A DNA stretch of 64,000 nt, from contig NC_068992.1 in assembly GCF_001194135.2 (NCBI RefSeq), forward strand, positions 63,893,183 through 63,957,182, read 5' to 3'. Each line of letters starts with the position of its first letter. Position 1 is the first letter of the stretch. Positions 37,571-51,894 of this stretch are shown here, one piece after another. Made by a program: the position numbers and the translations under genes. The notes beneath the pieces were generated by a model. That model saw only the letters and a list, made by a program, of their open reading frames with translations, was not told the origin of the DNA and made no database searches. The stretch comes from Octopus bimaculoides. Its lineage: Eukaryota.

Positions 37571-39664
37571 CTGGATAATGAAAGAAAGAAACAAAAAATT
37601 GTATGAGAAACATTTCAAGATCCAGAAGTTTGTATTTTAGTAAAAAATATTTCAAAGATGCAACAAAAGCATGAAACAGATTTGTTTCTTAACCTTTCAA
37701 AATTAGACCAGAAAAGTTATGCCAATGACTTCTGTACAATCAACATGGAATCAAAGAAATAGTTATTGAAATCAGTTTAAGATATCCCAAAATTTAACTA
37801 GTAAATGTTATATCTACAAGATTTTAGCATAATAGTCGAGAACATTGAAATTTTGCATCTGAAATCTAAGTTCTGGGTTCAAACGCAGACAAAGAATAGA
37901 ACATTCAAAGACAACTGGTGAACAAACCAAATGAAATGCAAAGTACAACATAGAAGCATGAAGAATAAGGTCAACAAAACAATTTCTGGGTTTTTTAAAA
38001 AATTATTCCAGAGAGAAAAAAAATTTTTTTCCACACAGTTACAGTAGCAAGGTATGAAAATAGCTCATTAGTTTTCCCATTATGAAACCAGCTATTAATT
38101 CCAACAGCACAGACAGAGACACACATACAACAAACACATTTCTATGTCTGTTTTCAGCTTTGACATGTGTTAATGAGGAGATGGGAGGGAATATTTCATG
38201 GTTAGATGCACTTCATAATGTCAACCACTCAACTATGGAATGGGAATGGCAGTTATTTTTTCCAGTTAAGTCACCTCTGGTAAATGGTGCCACACATTTT
38301 CTCCAAGACAACACAACAAAATTCTTCTTCTGGCATCAATTACATATTAAAAACAAATTGATTCACTAGATATTAATCTCATCTTTTTCTGCTGTTTATC
38401 AACACTTAATTAACTCCAAATATTATCTAATCATCGTCTTTAGGAGCAATATAATGGGGATGAACCACTACCACTACCAACATAAGAGTACCATTCGGGC
38501 GGCATTAATAAGCGTAGATGAAGGCAATGGATTGATAGAATGATTAGAGTTGGAAAATGTCTTATGGCATTCATTTCAGCTCTTTATGTTCTGAGTTCAA
38601 ATCCTGCTGATGTGAACTCTACATTTTGGGAGGGGGTCAATAAAATAAAGTACCAATCTAGACTGGGATCATAGTCATTAACTAAACCCCACTCACCACA
38701 ATTTTGCAGGCATTATACCTAAATTAGAAATCACTAATAAAATTAAATGCAAAGGGGTAAAGTGATGGCTACAATACTGTGCAGTATATATTTAGTTACA
38801 TCCCTTTACATCCTGAGTTCAAATCTTGGTGAGGCTGATTGCTGGAGTAAACCCATTTATTGCGGCTATCTACGCAATCTGTTTCCTATAAGACACTGTT
38901 TTGGTCATTGCTGATGGAAAATGTAAAGGACATTATTGTGGCCTAAAAATGGAATCCCTGATGATTTATTTGTCTGCAACCAGAGAATTTCAACATTCTG
39001 CCCAAGCCCAAACCTATTTTATGCAAGAGAGGAATGGCTATGACAATTTTGATGCTAGAGTTGATGTAGTACCTATTTCATTTTAATTAATTTCATTTAA
39101 ACTATTCTAATAATAATGAGAGAGTCATGAACATCATCACACAACCTACAAATCAGAGTTCTTGAGGTTGTCAGTGCGGAAAACAAAATCAAATTTCTAT
39201 GTAAAATTAGAGTTGTTTCATTGATGACAGTGATGTTAGACTAAGTCTGTATTTATCTGGGTGCATGTCTTACAGATTCAGTCCATAGTGTTACATCTAA
39301 TACCACCTTCATTTTTAGTTCATACAATTCTGCATTTTCTTAATGTATACATTTATATGTGTATGTTTGTGCACATTATTTTTGTTGCAGTGAATGAAAT
39401 TTGATGTGCTTTTAACTACTCTATGTCGTCTTGCTTAAAATGGATTTACAGACGCTTTTAGCTGCTCTTTGGTTTAAAAGGGTTAATGTGCATGTAGTGT
39501 TTATGGAGCAGAAATAAATTGAAATACATAACCACACCCAGCCATACACATGACAAACATACTTTACTATAAGATGTGAAACAGTTGAAGATGAACAACT
39601 AACCTCACGTTAAACAGGTAACTGGTTTGTCATGTTATGTTCAACCTCACAAGAAGTGTGTGCA

Positions 39665-39700
<36 letters not shown>

Positions 39701-41363
39701 CGTGCACGTGCACTATTGGTATTGATTTCTTGAAATGACACAAGTCCAGATTTATAACTGGTATAGTGTGGCAAGTATTGCAAATAATAATGTACAACAA
39801 TAACAACCAGAAAAGGAGAAATAACATCATATAATGCATCTCTAGACCAAATACCCAATAATACACTAAGACATGTCACAGATGCTTCATACACTAAGAT
39901 GCATCATAAGATCATCTGTTCATACAGAACCTAACCTCAAGCATAGTCAAGATAAATCAATATCAAAAAGTAGGGTTAATAAACATGTTTTCAGAAGAAG
40001 ATTCTCCTCCCCTTTCTTTTAAGAAATAAATGATTTCCTTCATCATTTACTTCTTTCAAATCATTGACATTTCATATTTTGTGAGTGTATCAATATATAC
40101 ACACATATGCGCACACATATAATATGCATCTCTCTCTATATATATATGTGTGTGTGTATATATGGATATACATACATGCACATACATATGTGTGCGTGTG
40201 CGCGCGCATGATATTAAATAATTTTAAGTAACAGATTATAACTGAAGAAACTTTTAGCCAAAATCAAAAGCTCAGAATGTCACAGTTGTGTAAATCTAAT
40301 CTTTACTCTCTTTGATAATCAACTAGTCCTCTTACCTCTCTAGCTGCAACAGTGACCAAATTCACAGACAAATCTTTAGTTAGCCTGGGTCTACAGTAAA
40401 ACAAACTTGCCCAAGGTGCCATGCAGTGAGATTGAAACCCAAAACCATGTGGTTAGGAATCAAACTTCCTAACCACACAACCATGGCTATACCTATATAG
40501 CAGCAAAGTTTTCTCCAAATCAAACCCCAAACACTTTAAACAGGGACACAGTAGTACTAAAGATCTGCCAAAAGCTGGGGTAGTCATGGTTAAAGTGCTT
40601 TTGATCTGGCACTGTCGCTTACGACAATGAGGGTTCCAGTTGAACCAACCAACAGAACAACCTGCTTGTAAAATTAACATGCAAGTGGCTGAGCACTCCA
40701 CAGACATGCGTACCCTTAACGTACTTCTCGGGGAGATTCAGTGTGACATAGAATGTGACAAGGCTGGCCCTTTGAAACATATGTACTATTCGTTTTTAGC
40801 AGCTGAGTGGACTGGAGCAACAGGAAATAAAGTGTCTTGCTCAAGGACACAATGTGCCACCAGGGAATCAAACTTGCGACCTTACAACCATGAGCCAAAT
40901 ACCACTAAGTCGCACACCCTCATGCTTTTGATTACAGTTTTGCTAAGAGAAACTAAACAACAATACCACCATAACAGTACCCAAGTATCCAACTTCACCC
41001 AACCTCCAATCACCACCTCTTCATGATTTGTTTGTGGTTAATAGCATTGATTCAAAGACACAAAACAGAGATCCACTAATTTAAAGATACAATAGAAGAA
41101 GAGAAATGGAGAGGGCTGTGACTTACACCTGCTTTTCTTTTTGTTCTTTCATCAAAGATTTAATTGTTTTCTGAAAGTTCCTGACCCAGTTTTGACAAGG
41201 CCACCCACTCCTAGTAGTCAAGTTTTGGTAGTGTCCCCCCCCCAGTCACTGAGAATGCTCCAAGCTGTACTATTTCATAGATGAAGCATCAAGTGTTTGC
41301 CTTACTTCACGGGAAATTTAGAGCATCTCAAGTGACTGTGCTTTTCGTGCCATCATACCTTAA

Positions 41364-41583
41364 TGCTTTAGTGTTTAATCTGGCCATATCAGGCCCATAT
41401 ATTCTACCTGTTTTATGTTCAAACCAAACGGATCTGGCCTCTCACACCTACCCTACAATGTTATTCTAAAAATAAACAATCACATCATAGAAATCTGAGA
41501 GCTACAAATAAATGTTTGATTGACTCAAAACAATATGAATAAATAAGCATTACATTTGAGAGAGGAATCTGAATATTAAAGGG
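41364..41583. mobile_element. Second piggyBac-like MITE family (220 bp), TTAA TSD
   Basis: TTAA(41360-41363)|tgctttag (decayed ccctttag) ... aaaggg|TTAA(41584-41587). Confidence 0.6.
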
Positions 41584-41984
41584 TTAAATAGTCATTACAA
41601 CTGTATAGCTTAGTTCAAAAGTTTATCTTTTCATTGGTTCTACTTGGAATAGTCTCTGTCACAACCATTCACAGATCTAGTCTGTGACTCATTCATAGAA
41701 ACTCCCAATTGTCTATGTTTACAGGCTTCTATCTCCACTGACTTCTTGAACAACATATAAGCAACTGATGTACAACAATAGTGTAGAAGGGTGCATACAT
41801 TTGTGAGAATGGGTGTGCATGTGTATGCTAACATGTATATGTGACTGCATATTTATATACAAAATTATAATACTACAAGTCAATGACAAAGGCAAAATAT
41901 TTTCAGGTTCAGAACACCTTAAAATTCCACTAATACATATAAATTTAATACTACCAATAATAACAACAATTATTATTATTATTT

Positions 41985-42720
41985 CAAATGTTTGCTACAA
42001 GGGAAGCTTAGGGAAGGTGGGGATGAGTTGATTACATCAACCCCAGTGTTCAACTGGTACTTACTTCATCAATCCCGAAAGGATGAAAAGCAAAGTCAAC
42101 CTTGGTTGAATTTGAACTCAGAATGTAGCGACGGGGGTGAAATACCGCTAAGAATTTCATCCAGTGTGCTAACAATTCTGCCAGCTTACGATCTTAATAA
42201 TAATAATAATAATAATGGTTTCAAATTTTGCCACAAGGGCAGCCATTTGAGGGGAGGATATAAGTTGATGACATCAACCCCAGTGTTTCACTGGTACTTA
42301 ATTTATTGACCCCGAAAGGATGAAAGCAAAGTTGACTATGGCAGAATTTGAATACCCGAAACTTTGGGGAGGGGGCTAGTTGATGACATTGACCCCTGTG
42401 CTCAACTCGTATTTATTTCATTGATCCTGAAAGTATGAAAGACAAAGTCAACCATGGCAGAATTTGAACTTAGAACATAAAGAGACGAAATGCTGTTAAG
42501 CTAATGATTCCAACAGCTCATTGCCTCAATCATAATGATTTTTAACAAGAGTCTAAAGCTACACACACTGAGGGATGGGTATAGGTGATCAAACCCCCTC
42601 CACTACTTGACTGGTAACTGTAATTTTTTCTTATTTTACCAACCCGAGAGGGATGAAAATTAAAGATAAATTTGGTGGAATTTGATCACAGGATGTAAAG
42701 AAATGTAACAAATTACCACA
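41985..42720 (-). mobile_element. Train of about four tRNA-headed SINE copies or fragments
   Basis: Repeated ctggtactta.tt.at.gacccc.aaaggatgaaagcaaagt.gac....g.agaatttgaact on +, separated by (taa)n. Confidence 0.8.
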
Positions 42721-43215
42721 CTGCATTCCCCCATCCACCCCACCTCCAACACTAACCAATTCTGCTATTCCCTGCTCTTTGAACAACAGAGGTGACAAGG
42801 ACGAAGATGATGAAGTATTAGATAGTAATTACTCTGAATTTTAGTCTCACCTAAAATATCTAGTGATATATTTTCAAGTGATAACACTTCTGTACCATAT
42901 CTAGCACTCTTATGTTGAGAGAGAGAGAGAGTTAGGTTCAAATACTCCACCCCTTCATCCTCTTGGATGACCTAAAATGGCACACAGTTGAATAGTTGAC
43001 AGCTTGTAAAATCTCTTCAGTATTGCTGGGAGATTTAGTGAGGACATTAAATTATCATTTGGCCTTGGCAATCATAGGAAGTTGACAATACAGGAGACAG
43101 AGTAACATAGCAAAGTAACGAGTCAAACCAATGATTTGTAGCTCTATAGAAATGGAGATAATACAGGAGATGGATAACACTGCTTTTTATTATAGGTAAT
43201 TAAACATAGATGAAA

Positions 43216-43326
<111 letters not shown>

Positions 43327-43842
43327 ATGAAAATGAGAAAGAAGAATTCTGAGCAGCAAAAGCATTATCACTGCTATTAGCACATTTACAATTGCAGACA
43401 TAGAATATGGCTTTGAAGAAATGGACTGGAACATGATAGAATTAGATGTAACAGATCACAGCACTAGAAACATATGAAGACAAATATCAGATGCCACAGA
43501 ACAAATTAGATTATCTGGCTGCTGGTGATGATAAGTGAACACTAGCACCAATTGACGCAACAAGATATCTAAATATTGGCAATGTATGCGAGTAATTGAA
43601 GACACTGTCACAAGTAGGGGCCAGTGGTGAAAGTGGACTGGTCAGTGTTGAGCTCCCAACATCATTTACATTGTGGGAGGAAGGAGAGAAAGATTTAAAA
43701 ACCAAACTGTGCTATTTTTATCCGGTTTCAGTATTATATTTACAAATTTCTTCTTACTGTGTTGTTCAATATGATAGAGCACAGCTCCCAAGTGAACCAT
43801 GATCTAAATCTCATCAATTAATTCGGTAACATAGCAATTGTG

Positions 43843-43891
<49 letters not shown>

Positions 43892-44462
43892 CCATATATG
43901 CATATTTGTTGGGATGCTAAGCTAATGTTAGGAACATAAATTGTGACTAAGGTTTGGTAGGAGATTTTAATTCAGAACTTTTGAAATAAGATATTTGTAC
44001 TACAGAGCCAGGGGCAGTTTCAGCCGGATTGGTATCAAAAGGGTTAAAACAGGAAATCTATACCACCCCCAAAAACCAGGGGTCTTGGGCAGGTTGGTAT
44101 CAAAAGTACTCTTTGATGGCAAATGCAACTGGAAAAAGCCACAGAACTGCTAGAAAATCCCCAACAGAGAAATAATTTCTCCTTAATGGCACTGTTTATG
44201 ATCAAAGCAAAGTACTATAAGAAGAGTACATTCTGATTGTTTAGTTTTGTAAATCTAGGCCAAATAGACTGGTGCAGACATGCTAACAAAAGTATAAGCC
44301 ATCTGTGATACAGTGATTGAATAAACCCTTAATTTCTTTAGCAGAATAACTTCTACCCCTGCCCCAAGCTAGCTTTTAGTCCACCTATTTTGATAAGTAC
44401 ATTGATAAATATATTAATGTCATAGCTGACAAAATACTGTTATTTTTATAATCTTGTGACAA

Positions 44463-44499
<37 letters not shown>

Positions 44500-44952
44500 C
44501 ACACACACTCTATGGCTCTTGTAACGCCTGTTTTTCCATGTTACCATTAGGCTGGATGAAGAATTATTTCAGGCAGGATTTTACAGCCAGATGCCCTTCA
44601 TGTTGCCAACCCTTACCTGTTTTTCATATGAGGAATGTTTTTATTCCACATCATCATCATCCAGTGTTTTAAATCCAGGTTTTATCCCCGTTAATGGGGT
44701 AGCCATAGCAGATCTTTGAAAATGTATAGTAACCAACTGTGATGCCAACAAGGAATATCAACATACAGTTACATTGACACACAATGAAACACTCTCTATA
44801 ATTTTTGTGCACCAAATTCTCTCATAAAGCATTCATTTGATGCTTTTGAGCTATCGAAGAAGACAATTACTAAAGAAGGCACTTACCCACAGCTGTGCAA
44901 TGGGGCCAAACCCCAAATCACATGTTTGTGAAGCAAACTTCCTAAACTGCAT

Positions 44953-45002
<50 letters not shown>

Positions 45003-46230
45003 ACGCGCGCGCGCGCGTGTATCTGTGACAACCAGTGCTGACTTGTTTACATTCCTGTAACTTAGTGGTCCAGGAAAAGGGACCAACAGAATAAGTACTG
45101 AACTTAAAAATTAGTACTGGTGGTGGTTCATTCAACTAAATCCTTCAAGGTGGCACCCCAGCATGGCCACAGTCTAATGACTGGAACAACTAAAAGACCA
45201 AACACACACATGTACGTACATATGTATGTAGTCAGCAGCTGGGTTCATGCCTCAGCTGACAACAGTAAATCAAATCAAGTCTTTTGGTTTTATTAAATTT
45301 TTAAACAATGCATATTAAAAAAAAAAAGAAAATCTAAATCCTGTGTAATCCAAATGTAATCTCAGAAGAGTAATCAAAGAAGAAAGGGGTCTAAAGAGCA
45401 AAATCAAGAGCATAATTATTATGTTTATAACATTAGTTTTTTCTTCAAAGGGCCGCTTCAAAACCTAGAATGCTTTTCATTTTGTATTTCCTTTGTTTTC
45501 TTTAGATATTATTTGTATTTCTTTCTCTTCTTTTTTTCTTCTTAGCTTCGTTTCCAAGACTACCCCACATATTTTTTTTGTTTGTTTGATGTCCTGTTAA
45601 AATTTATGGAAAGGATATTTGGAATATTACCACAAAATGATACAAGCTCAGGTTTCTTGTTTCGAACAAATAATGAATGCAACCAACCCTAATTCCCTGA
45701 TCCCAGCTGACATAATGGTAGAGATCATGTGACACCCTCGCATTCAAACAATGGAGAACATTTCCATTTGATACTGTTTATTCATTTGTCATGGTCCCAT
45801 AGAAAATTAGACTGACCAAGATAATCCGACGGATATTTTAATATTCTATCTCCATGACACACATGTTCGTTCCTTCTCTCTCTCTCTCTCTCTCACACAA
45901 AGTTTGACTGAAGTTATCCATTTATAACAGTCTATTATCCAAAACTCATGAATTTTCTGTAAAAACAAAAATAAAAATAAAAAACAGGAAAAAAAAATTC
46001 ATCAAAGTAAATATAGCCATACACACACACACACACACACACATAGAGTATGCTGATGTATAAGATACATTTTATTCTTAAATGTAATAAAAAACTGCAA
46101 TGTGTCTAATGCAACTGTATTATGGATGGGATATCCAGTGCGTAAGTGTATGATGAAACACTGAATTTGTATTTTCCACAAAAAAGTAGGAGGTTGTCTT
46201 ATGTAAGAGTGCATCTTATACATCAGCATA

Positions 46231-46263
<33 letters not shown>

Positions 46264-46499
46264 GAGAGAGAGAGAGAGAGAGAGAGAAAGTGAGAGATGG
46301 ATTTCAAATCAAATTGTTGTAAGGTTGAAAATAGCCAAGACTAAAGTAGTACTAGTTAGTAGAAACTACCAAAGTCTAACAGTGTCAGAGAAATAATCAT
46401 GATCAGTCTACATAATGGAAGAAAGCAGATGCTCAGTAGTGCACGGTAATGTTGAAATGTATGTGTGTGAAAGAGAGAGAAAGAAATTTTATATTATAT

Positions 46500-46705
46500 A
46501 TCATCATCATCATCGTCGTTTAACGTCCGCTTTCCATGCTAGCATGGGTTGGATGATTTGACTGAGGACTGGTGAAACCGGATGGCAACACCAGGCTCCA
46601 ATCTAATTTGGCAGAGTTTCTACAGCTGGATGCCCTTCCTAACGCCAACCACTCAGAGAGTGTAGTGGGTGCTTTTATGTGCCACCCGCACGAAAACGGC
46701 CACGC
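46500..46705 (-). mobile_element. RTE-tail element (young subfamily)
   Basis: Reverse complement nearly identical to 8300-8510 and 2150-2320. Confidence 0.9.
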
Positions 46706-46761
46706 TCTCTCTCTCTCTCTCTCTCNNNNNNNNNNNNNNNNNNNNNNNNNNNNNNNNNNNN

Positions 46762-46802
<41 letters not shown>

Positions 46803-47582
46803 CACATCTCTAGTGCTGGTGCTACAATACACTCAATAATGTGGTTGGTGTTGAGAAGGACATTCAGCTGTAGAAACCATACAAACAAGCTGTAGTCTCT
46901 GACCTGTTAAAGATTGCTTAACTCTAAATGATATCAGACTTAGAGCTTGAGAGCTTGTCCAACACATACCAGTTGATTTATGATGACAATGATGGTGGTG
47001 CTGTTGTTGTTGAAATACTGTGAGACCTGTTCATTACATGCCTTGATAGAAAATAGGTCTTAAATGATTCCTATATTTAGGAATAGCAACAGAAATCACT
47101 CCTCATTGAGAAAGGAGAGAGTGACAGAATAAAAAAATGAGCCAAAGTGTGTTTGGCTGATTCTGTCCAGTAAATATAATCAGCAGATTCAAACTAAACA
47201 GGTCTTCCACAATGGTGGTCATACAATGTAGAAAGCCTGTTGCAAGTAACATCAGCTGATAGTATTAGTTTCCTTTAAATATATAAGATGAAAAAGCTTT
47301 GTGCAGAGTTTATCATGTTTCATGTTGAAAAACAGTACTAGAGCAAAATGTGATGAGTATAAGGAGGAATGTGGTGATGAGTATAAGGAGATGGATGTGG
47401 TGAGTGTAATGTGGTGAATACAATAGGAATTGTGAGGAGTACAATGGATCTGATGAGTACAACAAATGTGTACACACAGAGATATATGTACTACATGAAC
47501 TTGCATGGCTGTGTCTATATTTAAGATTAGCAACAGAAATCACTCCTCATTGAGAAAGGAGAGAGTGACAGAGTAAAATATG

Positions 47583-47615
<33 letters not shown>

Positions 47616-47993
47616 TGTGTGTGTGTATGATGGGGAGTAGAGACCAGGACCTCTATAGTGCCAGCTTTCAGATAACTCCAAAACAGTGTAGCTGCTGCCG
47701 TTGTTGTCATAATAGTAGTAGTAGTAGTAGTAGTATTGGGCAGACAAATATTTCCTTTGTGAAGCAAAATACAGAATATAATGCAAGAATGAGAAACAAA
47801 AGAGAATCTGGAAATGTTCAGGATTCAAGTCTTTTGTTAGTTATCATGGTGGTGAATTCTTCCACCATACTTGCCAAGGACAAGCATGCCAACTACTTTT
47901 TCATTGGTGTCAAGGTAACAGGAAGGGAGGGATGCTATGTACAAAGACTACCACTCTACATTACACACACACACATCTATAGACATACACATA

Positions 47994-48052
<59 letters not shown>

Positions 48053-48539
48053 TGATCAATCAATAAATAAATATTTTAATGATCATGCCTAAATCTCACA
48101 AATAGTCAATTATCTGCCTTTTTTCAAAACAAAAAAGTTCAACAATCTAAAGATTCTTTACCTGAATCAAAATAATTAATCAAGAAAAGGGTAAGGTGCC
48201 AGACATATTTTTTCTTAGAAGGTATATTTGCAAATGATGGTGAACTAGTTATGGGAATGAAAACCAAAATGAACATTCATAAATCTTGCTCATCATCATC
48301 ATTTAATGTCCACTTTTCCACGCTTGCAGGAGTTAAATTTTCCATGGTAGGATGCCCTTCCTGTCACCAACTCTCACCTCTTTTCAAGCTAGGTAATATT
48401 TTCCCATAGCTAGACATTTTTTTCATGGAAGACTGGAAATGAACAACCTCCCTTGTATGACAGTGATGCTTATTTACAACCAGCAGGTGATGTTCTAGAC
48501 AAGGTACACACATATATATATAGTGGTGAACTTTCAATT

Positions 48540-49912
48540 TCTGTTTACCAAATTCACTCTCAGGAACTTAGTTGGCCTGGCATTATAGTTAGAAGACACT
48601 AGGGTGGTGAGCTGGCAGAATCGTTAGCACGCTGGACAAAATGCTTAGCAGTATTTTACCCGTCACTACGTTCTGAGTTCAAATTCCACCGAGGTTGACT
48701 TTACTTTTCATCCTTTCAGGGTCGATAAATAAAGTACCAGTTGAGTACTGGGGTCAATGTAATCGACTGCCCCCCACAAAAAAAAATTTCAGGCCTTGTG
48801 CCTATAATAGAAACGATTATAGTAGAAGACACTTGCTCAAAGTGCTGCACAAAAGGACTGAGCCTAAGACCACCTGGTTGGGAGGTAAGCTTCTTAACCA
48901 CACAGCCATGCCAGTGCCTATCACCAACGTCATTGAGAAATGTAAAATTACCCCAAATATTCTATTTTCTCTAATATAATAAAGAATAACAGAATCAGAG
49001 CATCAGAGAAAATAAATTGTGATATTTAGTTACAACATTTTATGTTCTTAGTTCACCCTGTCAAAGTCAACTTCACTTTTCATCCTTTTGGAGTTGATTA
49101 GTGCTAGGGCCAATCATATCAACAACTTCCCATTTTATCAAAATTCAGTTTTGTTCCTATGTCAGGAACCATTAACACTTAAGGTGGTAATCCAGCAGAA
49201 TTGTTAGCATGCTAGACAAAATGCTTAGTGGCATTTCTTCTGGCTTCACCTACAGAGTTCAAATATCACCAAGGTCAACTTCATCCTTTTGGTACTAATA
49301 AAATAAGTACCAGTCAAGCACTGGGGTTGACATAATTCATCAGCCTGCTCCAACAAAAAGTTTCAGACCTTGTGCCCACAGTAGAAAGCATTTTAATACC
49401 AACCAACGTAAGTATTACTATCATCATATATTCTTTTCTACTCTAGGTACAAGGCCCAAAATTTTGGGGGAGGGGGCCAGTTGATTAGATCGACCTCAAA
49501 ACGCAGCTGGTACTTAATTTATTGACCCCGAAAGAATGAAAAGCAAAGTCGACCTCAGCGGAATTTGAACTCAGAATGTAGCAGCAGACGAAATACCGCT
49601 AAGCATTTCGCCTGGCGTGCTAACGTTTCATATTTCTTTATTGCCCACAAGGGGTTAAACATAGAGGGGACAAACAAGGACAGACAAAGGGATTAAGTTG
49701 ATTACATCGACCCCATGCGTAACTGGTACTTAATTTATCGACTCCAAAAGGATGAAAGGCAACGTCAACTTTGGTGGAATTTGAACTCAGAACGTAATGG
49801 CAGACGAAATANNNNNNNNNNTCAACTTTGGTGGAATTTGAACTCAGAACGTAATGGCAGACGAAATACCGCTAAGCATTTCGCCCGGCGTGCTAACGAT
49901 TCTGCCAGCTTG
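48540..49912. mobile_element. Nested SINE cluster (CORE SINE on - split by a + SINE; further +, +, -, - SINE copies)
   Basis: + SINE 48601-48815 sits between TSD copies attatagt(t)agaagacact. More + copies at about 49040-49170 and 49180-49400; - copies at about 49435-49630 and 49630-49912. Confidence 0.8.
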
Positions 49913-51270
49913 TCACCTTACTATCATCATATATTACTATATTTAATCATCACCATATATTGCTATAATTAAACCAACATTTTCCAAATGATGAAAAGCG
50001 TCTAATATTAACTGCTCAACTGCTTCTATTGAAAGTAAATATCGAGAATATTGATAGTTATTTTCAATGGAGGGAGATCAAGACAAACAGAAGTAGATAT
50101 TTCTCACTAGAAATACAATGTAATACCCAGTATAATGTAATAAAATTATGGGGGGGGGGACACAACAAAATTCCTTAGATCTTTGAAATGAGAAGAATTA
50201 CATCAGTTGTTAATACTATCTCAAAAACAAAAGAGATATAAAAATAAAGTAGAATTATGAAAGTGATACTGTAGAAAATATAATAAATAAATAAAACAGT
50301 CGACATAGCAACAATAAAAAAAAACAACAACAAAAGAATAGCCATTTAAAATATTTTAAGAAATGAATTAAGATTTTAATGTAAATTACGAATGACATTA
50401 CAGCACCAGTTTGAGACACAATGGCAACAGGTCCAATGACAAGATTCAAACCATAAATTTATCACTCATTAAATGAGTACATTATCAATTATCTAAACTA
50501 CAGTGTGTTTGCCACTTCATTTTCTCAAATTAGCTATTATAAATAGTTTCTGCTATTTGAAATCTACAACTTGGTTTCTTCATTTAACATTCATGCTAGC
50601 AATGAGTTGGATAGGAATGTATTTGAAGCAGATGATTAGAGCCAAATGCTCTTCCTGTCATCAGCCCTTAAGGGATTTTATTTATCCGACACATTTTGAA
50701 AGTGTAGAGTGACCAATCATAATCCCAACAAGGAATACAAATGTCGATATTACCGTTTGCTCAAGCAAAGCTGAGGGACATTATTATTTATGCATATTTG
50801 CACATGTACACTGTCCCCATACTGCCGTCACCACCACCACCACTACCTTGTTGTTGTAATCATCATCGTTTTATGTCCATTGTCCATTTGGCATGGATTG
50901 AAAAGGTTTACTTACCAACATGAATCCGGGAGGCTTCATTTTGGTTGTGTTCGGTTTTAGGTAGGTTTTTATAGTTGGATGCCCTTCCCAACACCAACCA
51001 CTTTATAGAGTGTACCAGGTGCATTTTTTTGTACAACCAGTAATTCAAAGGTGTCATGTCTTTGACAATACTAAAGGGTTCTCACAGTCTCATATACACA
51101 CATATCATCATCATCAAACATCCACTTTTCCATACTTGCATGGGTTTGATAGAATTTGTGGCAGATTTTCTACAGCCAAATGCTTTTCCTGTTGTCAACC
51201 TTCACCTGTTTCCAAGCAAGGTAATATTCCCCATGGCCAGGAATATTTTTCTTGTACTTGTTTACAACCA

Positions 51271-51328
<58 letters not shown>

Positions 51329-51860
51329 TTAGCCCCAGTTTCCATTTGACAGTTTTCTTTTCCTATGTCTTTCTTCACTGTTGGTATTTTGAATTCCTTG
51401 ATTGTGTAAAAGCACATGGTGTAATGTTAAGAGTATTCAGCGCATAATCATAGAGTTATGGGTTCAATTCTTGAACCAGGCAAAGCATTGTATCCTTGAG
51501 TATAGCACTTAATTTCATATTGCCTTAGCTCTCACAAAGTCAGAACAAAGAGCCAGCATAAAAGCTACAAGTCATTTTTTTCGATACTCTGCCAATCCGT
51601 AGCTCTTAATAATAATAATAGTCAGTTCATTGAAACATTATTTAAAAATAAATGAACACTAAAAATAACGAGAGCAGATTGGTGGTTATGAACTGTGAAA
51701 TTTAGGTAGCTGAAACTACAAGCTAACAAGAGGAGGTGGTGGTGGGGAAAGAAATAGGATGTTGTCGAAATGGATCTAAGTGAAAAAGTGTTGTTAGTGG
51801 CATTTCATGATTGTAACAACTAACAATGTTAAACCACTCCTTTTATTAGAGGCTGAGCAC

Positions 51861-51894
<34 letters not shown>

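Noticed and set aside
41127-41170. Minus-strand micro-exon candidate ending in gtaagt (KTIKSLMKEQKEKQ)
   Set aside because: Poor acceptor context and no similarity to CRTC.
43511-43705. Minus-strand Ser/Pro-rich ORF (SSTLTSPLSPLAPT) reminiscent of the CRTC middle region
   Set aside because: No pyrimidine-rich acceptor, no good donor before the stop, and no IILT motif. It cannot be supported as a CRTC exon, though a transcript alignment should include it.
47615-48055. 146-aa plus-strand ORF
   Set aside because: Built across (TG)n, (TAG)n and (CA)n tracts, with no recognisable domain.
49764-49871. Exact ~47-bp duplication (tcaactttggtggaatttgaactcagaacgtaatggcagacgaaata)
   Set aside because: The two copies sit either side of a 10-N gap, so this is most likely an unmerged contig overlap.
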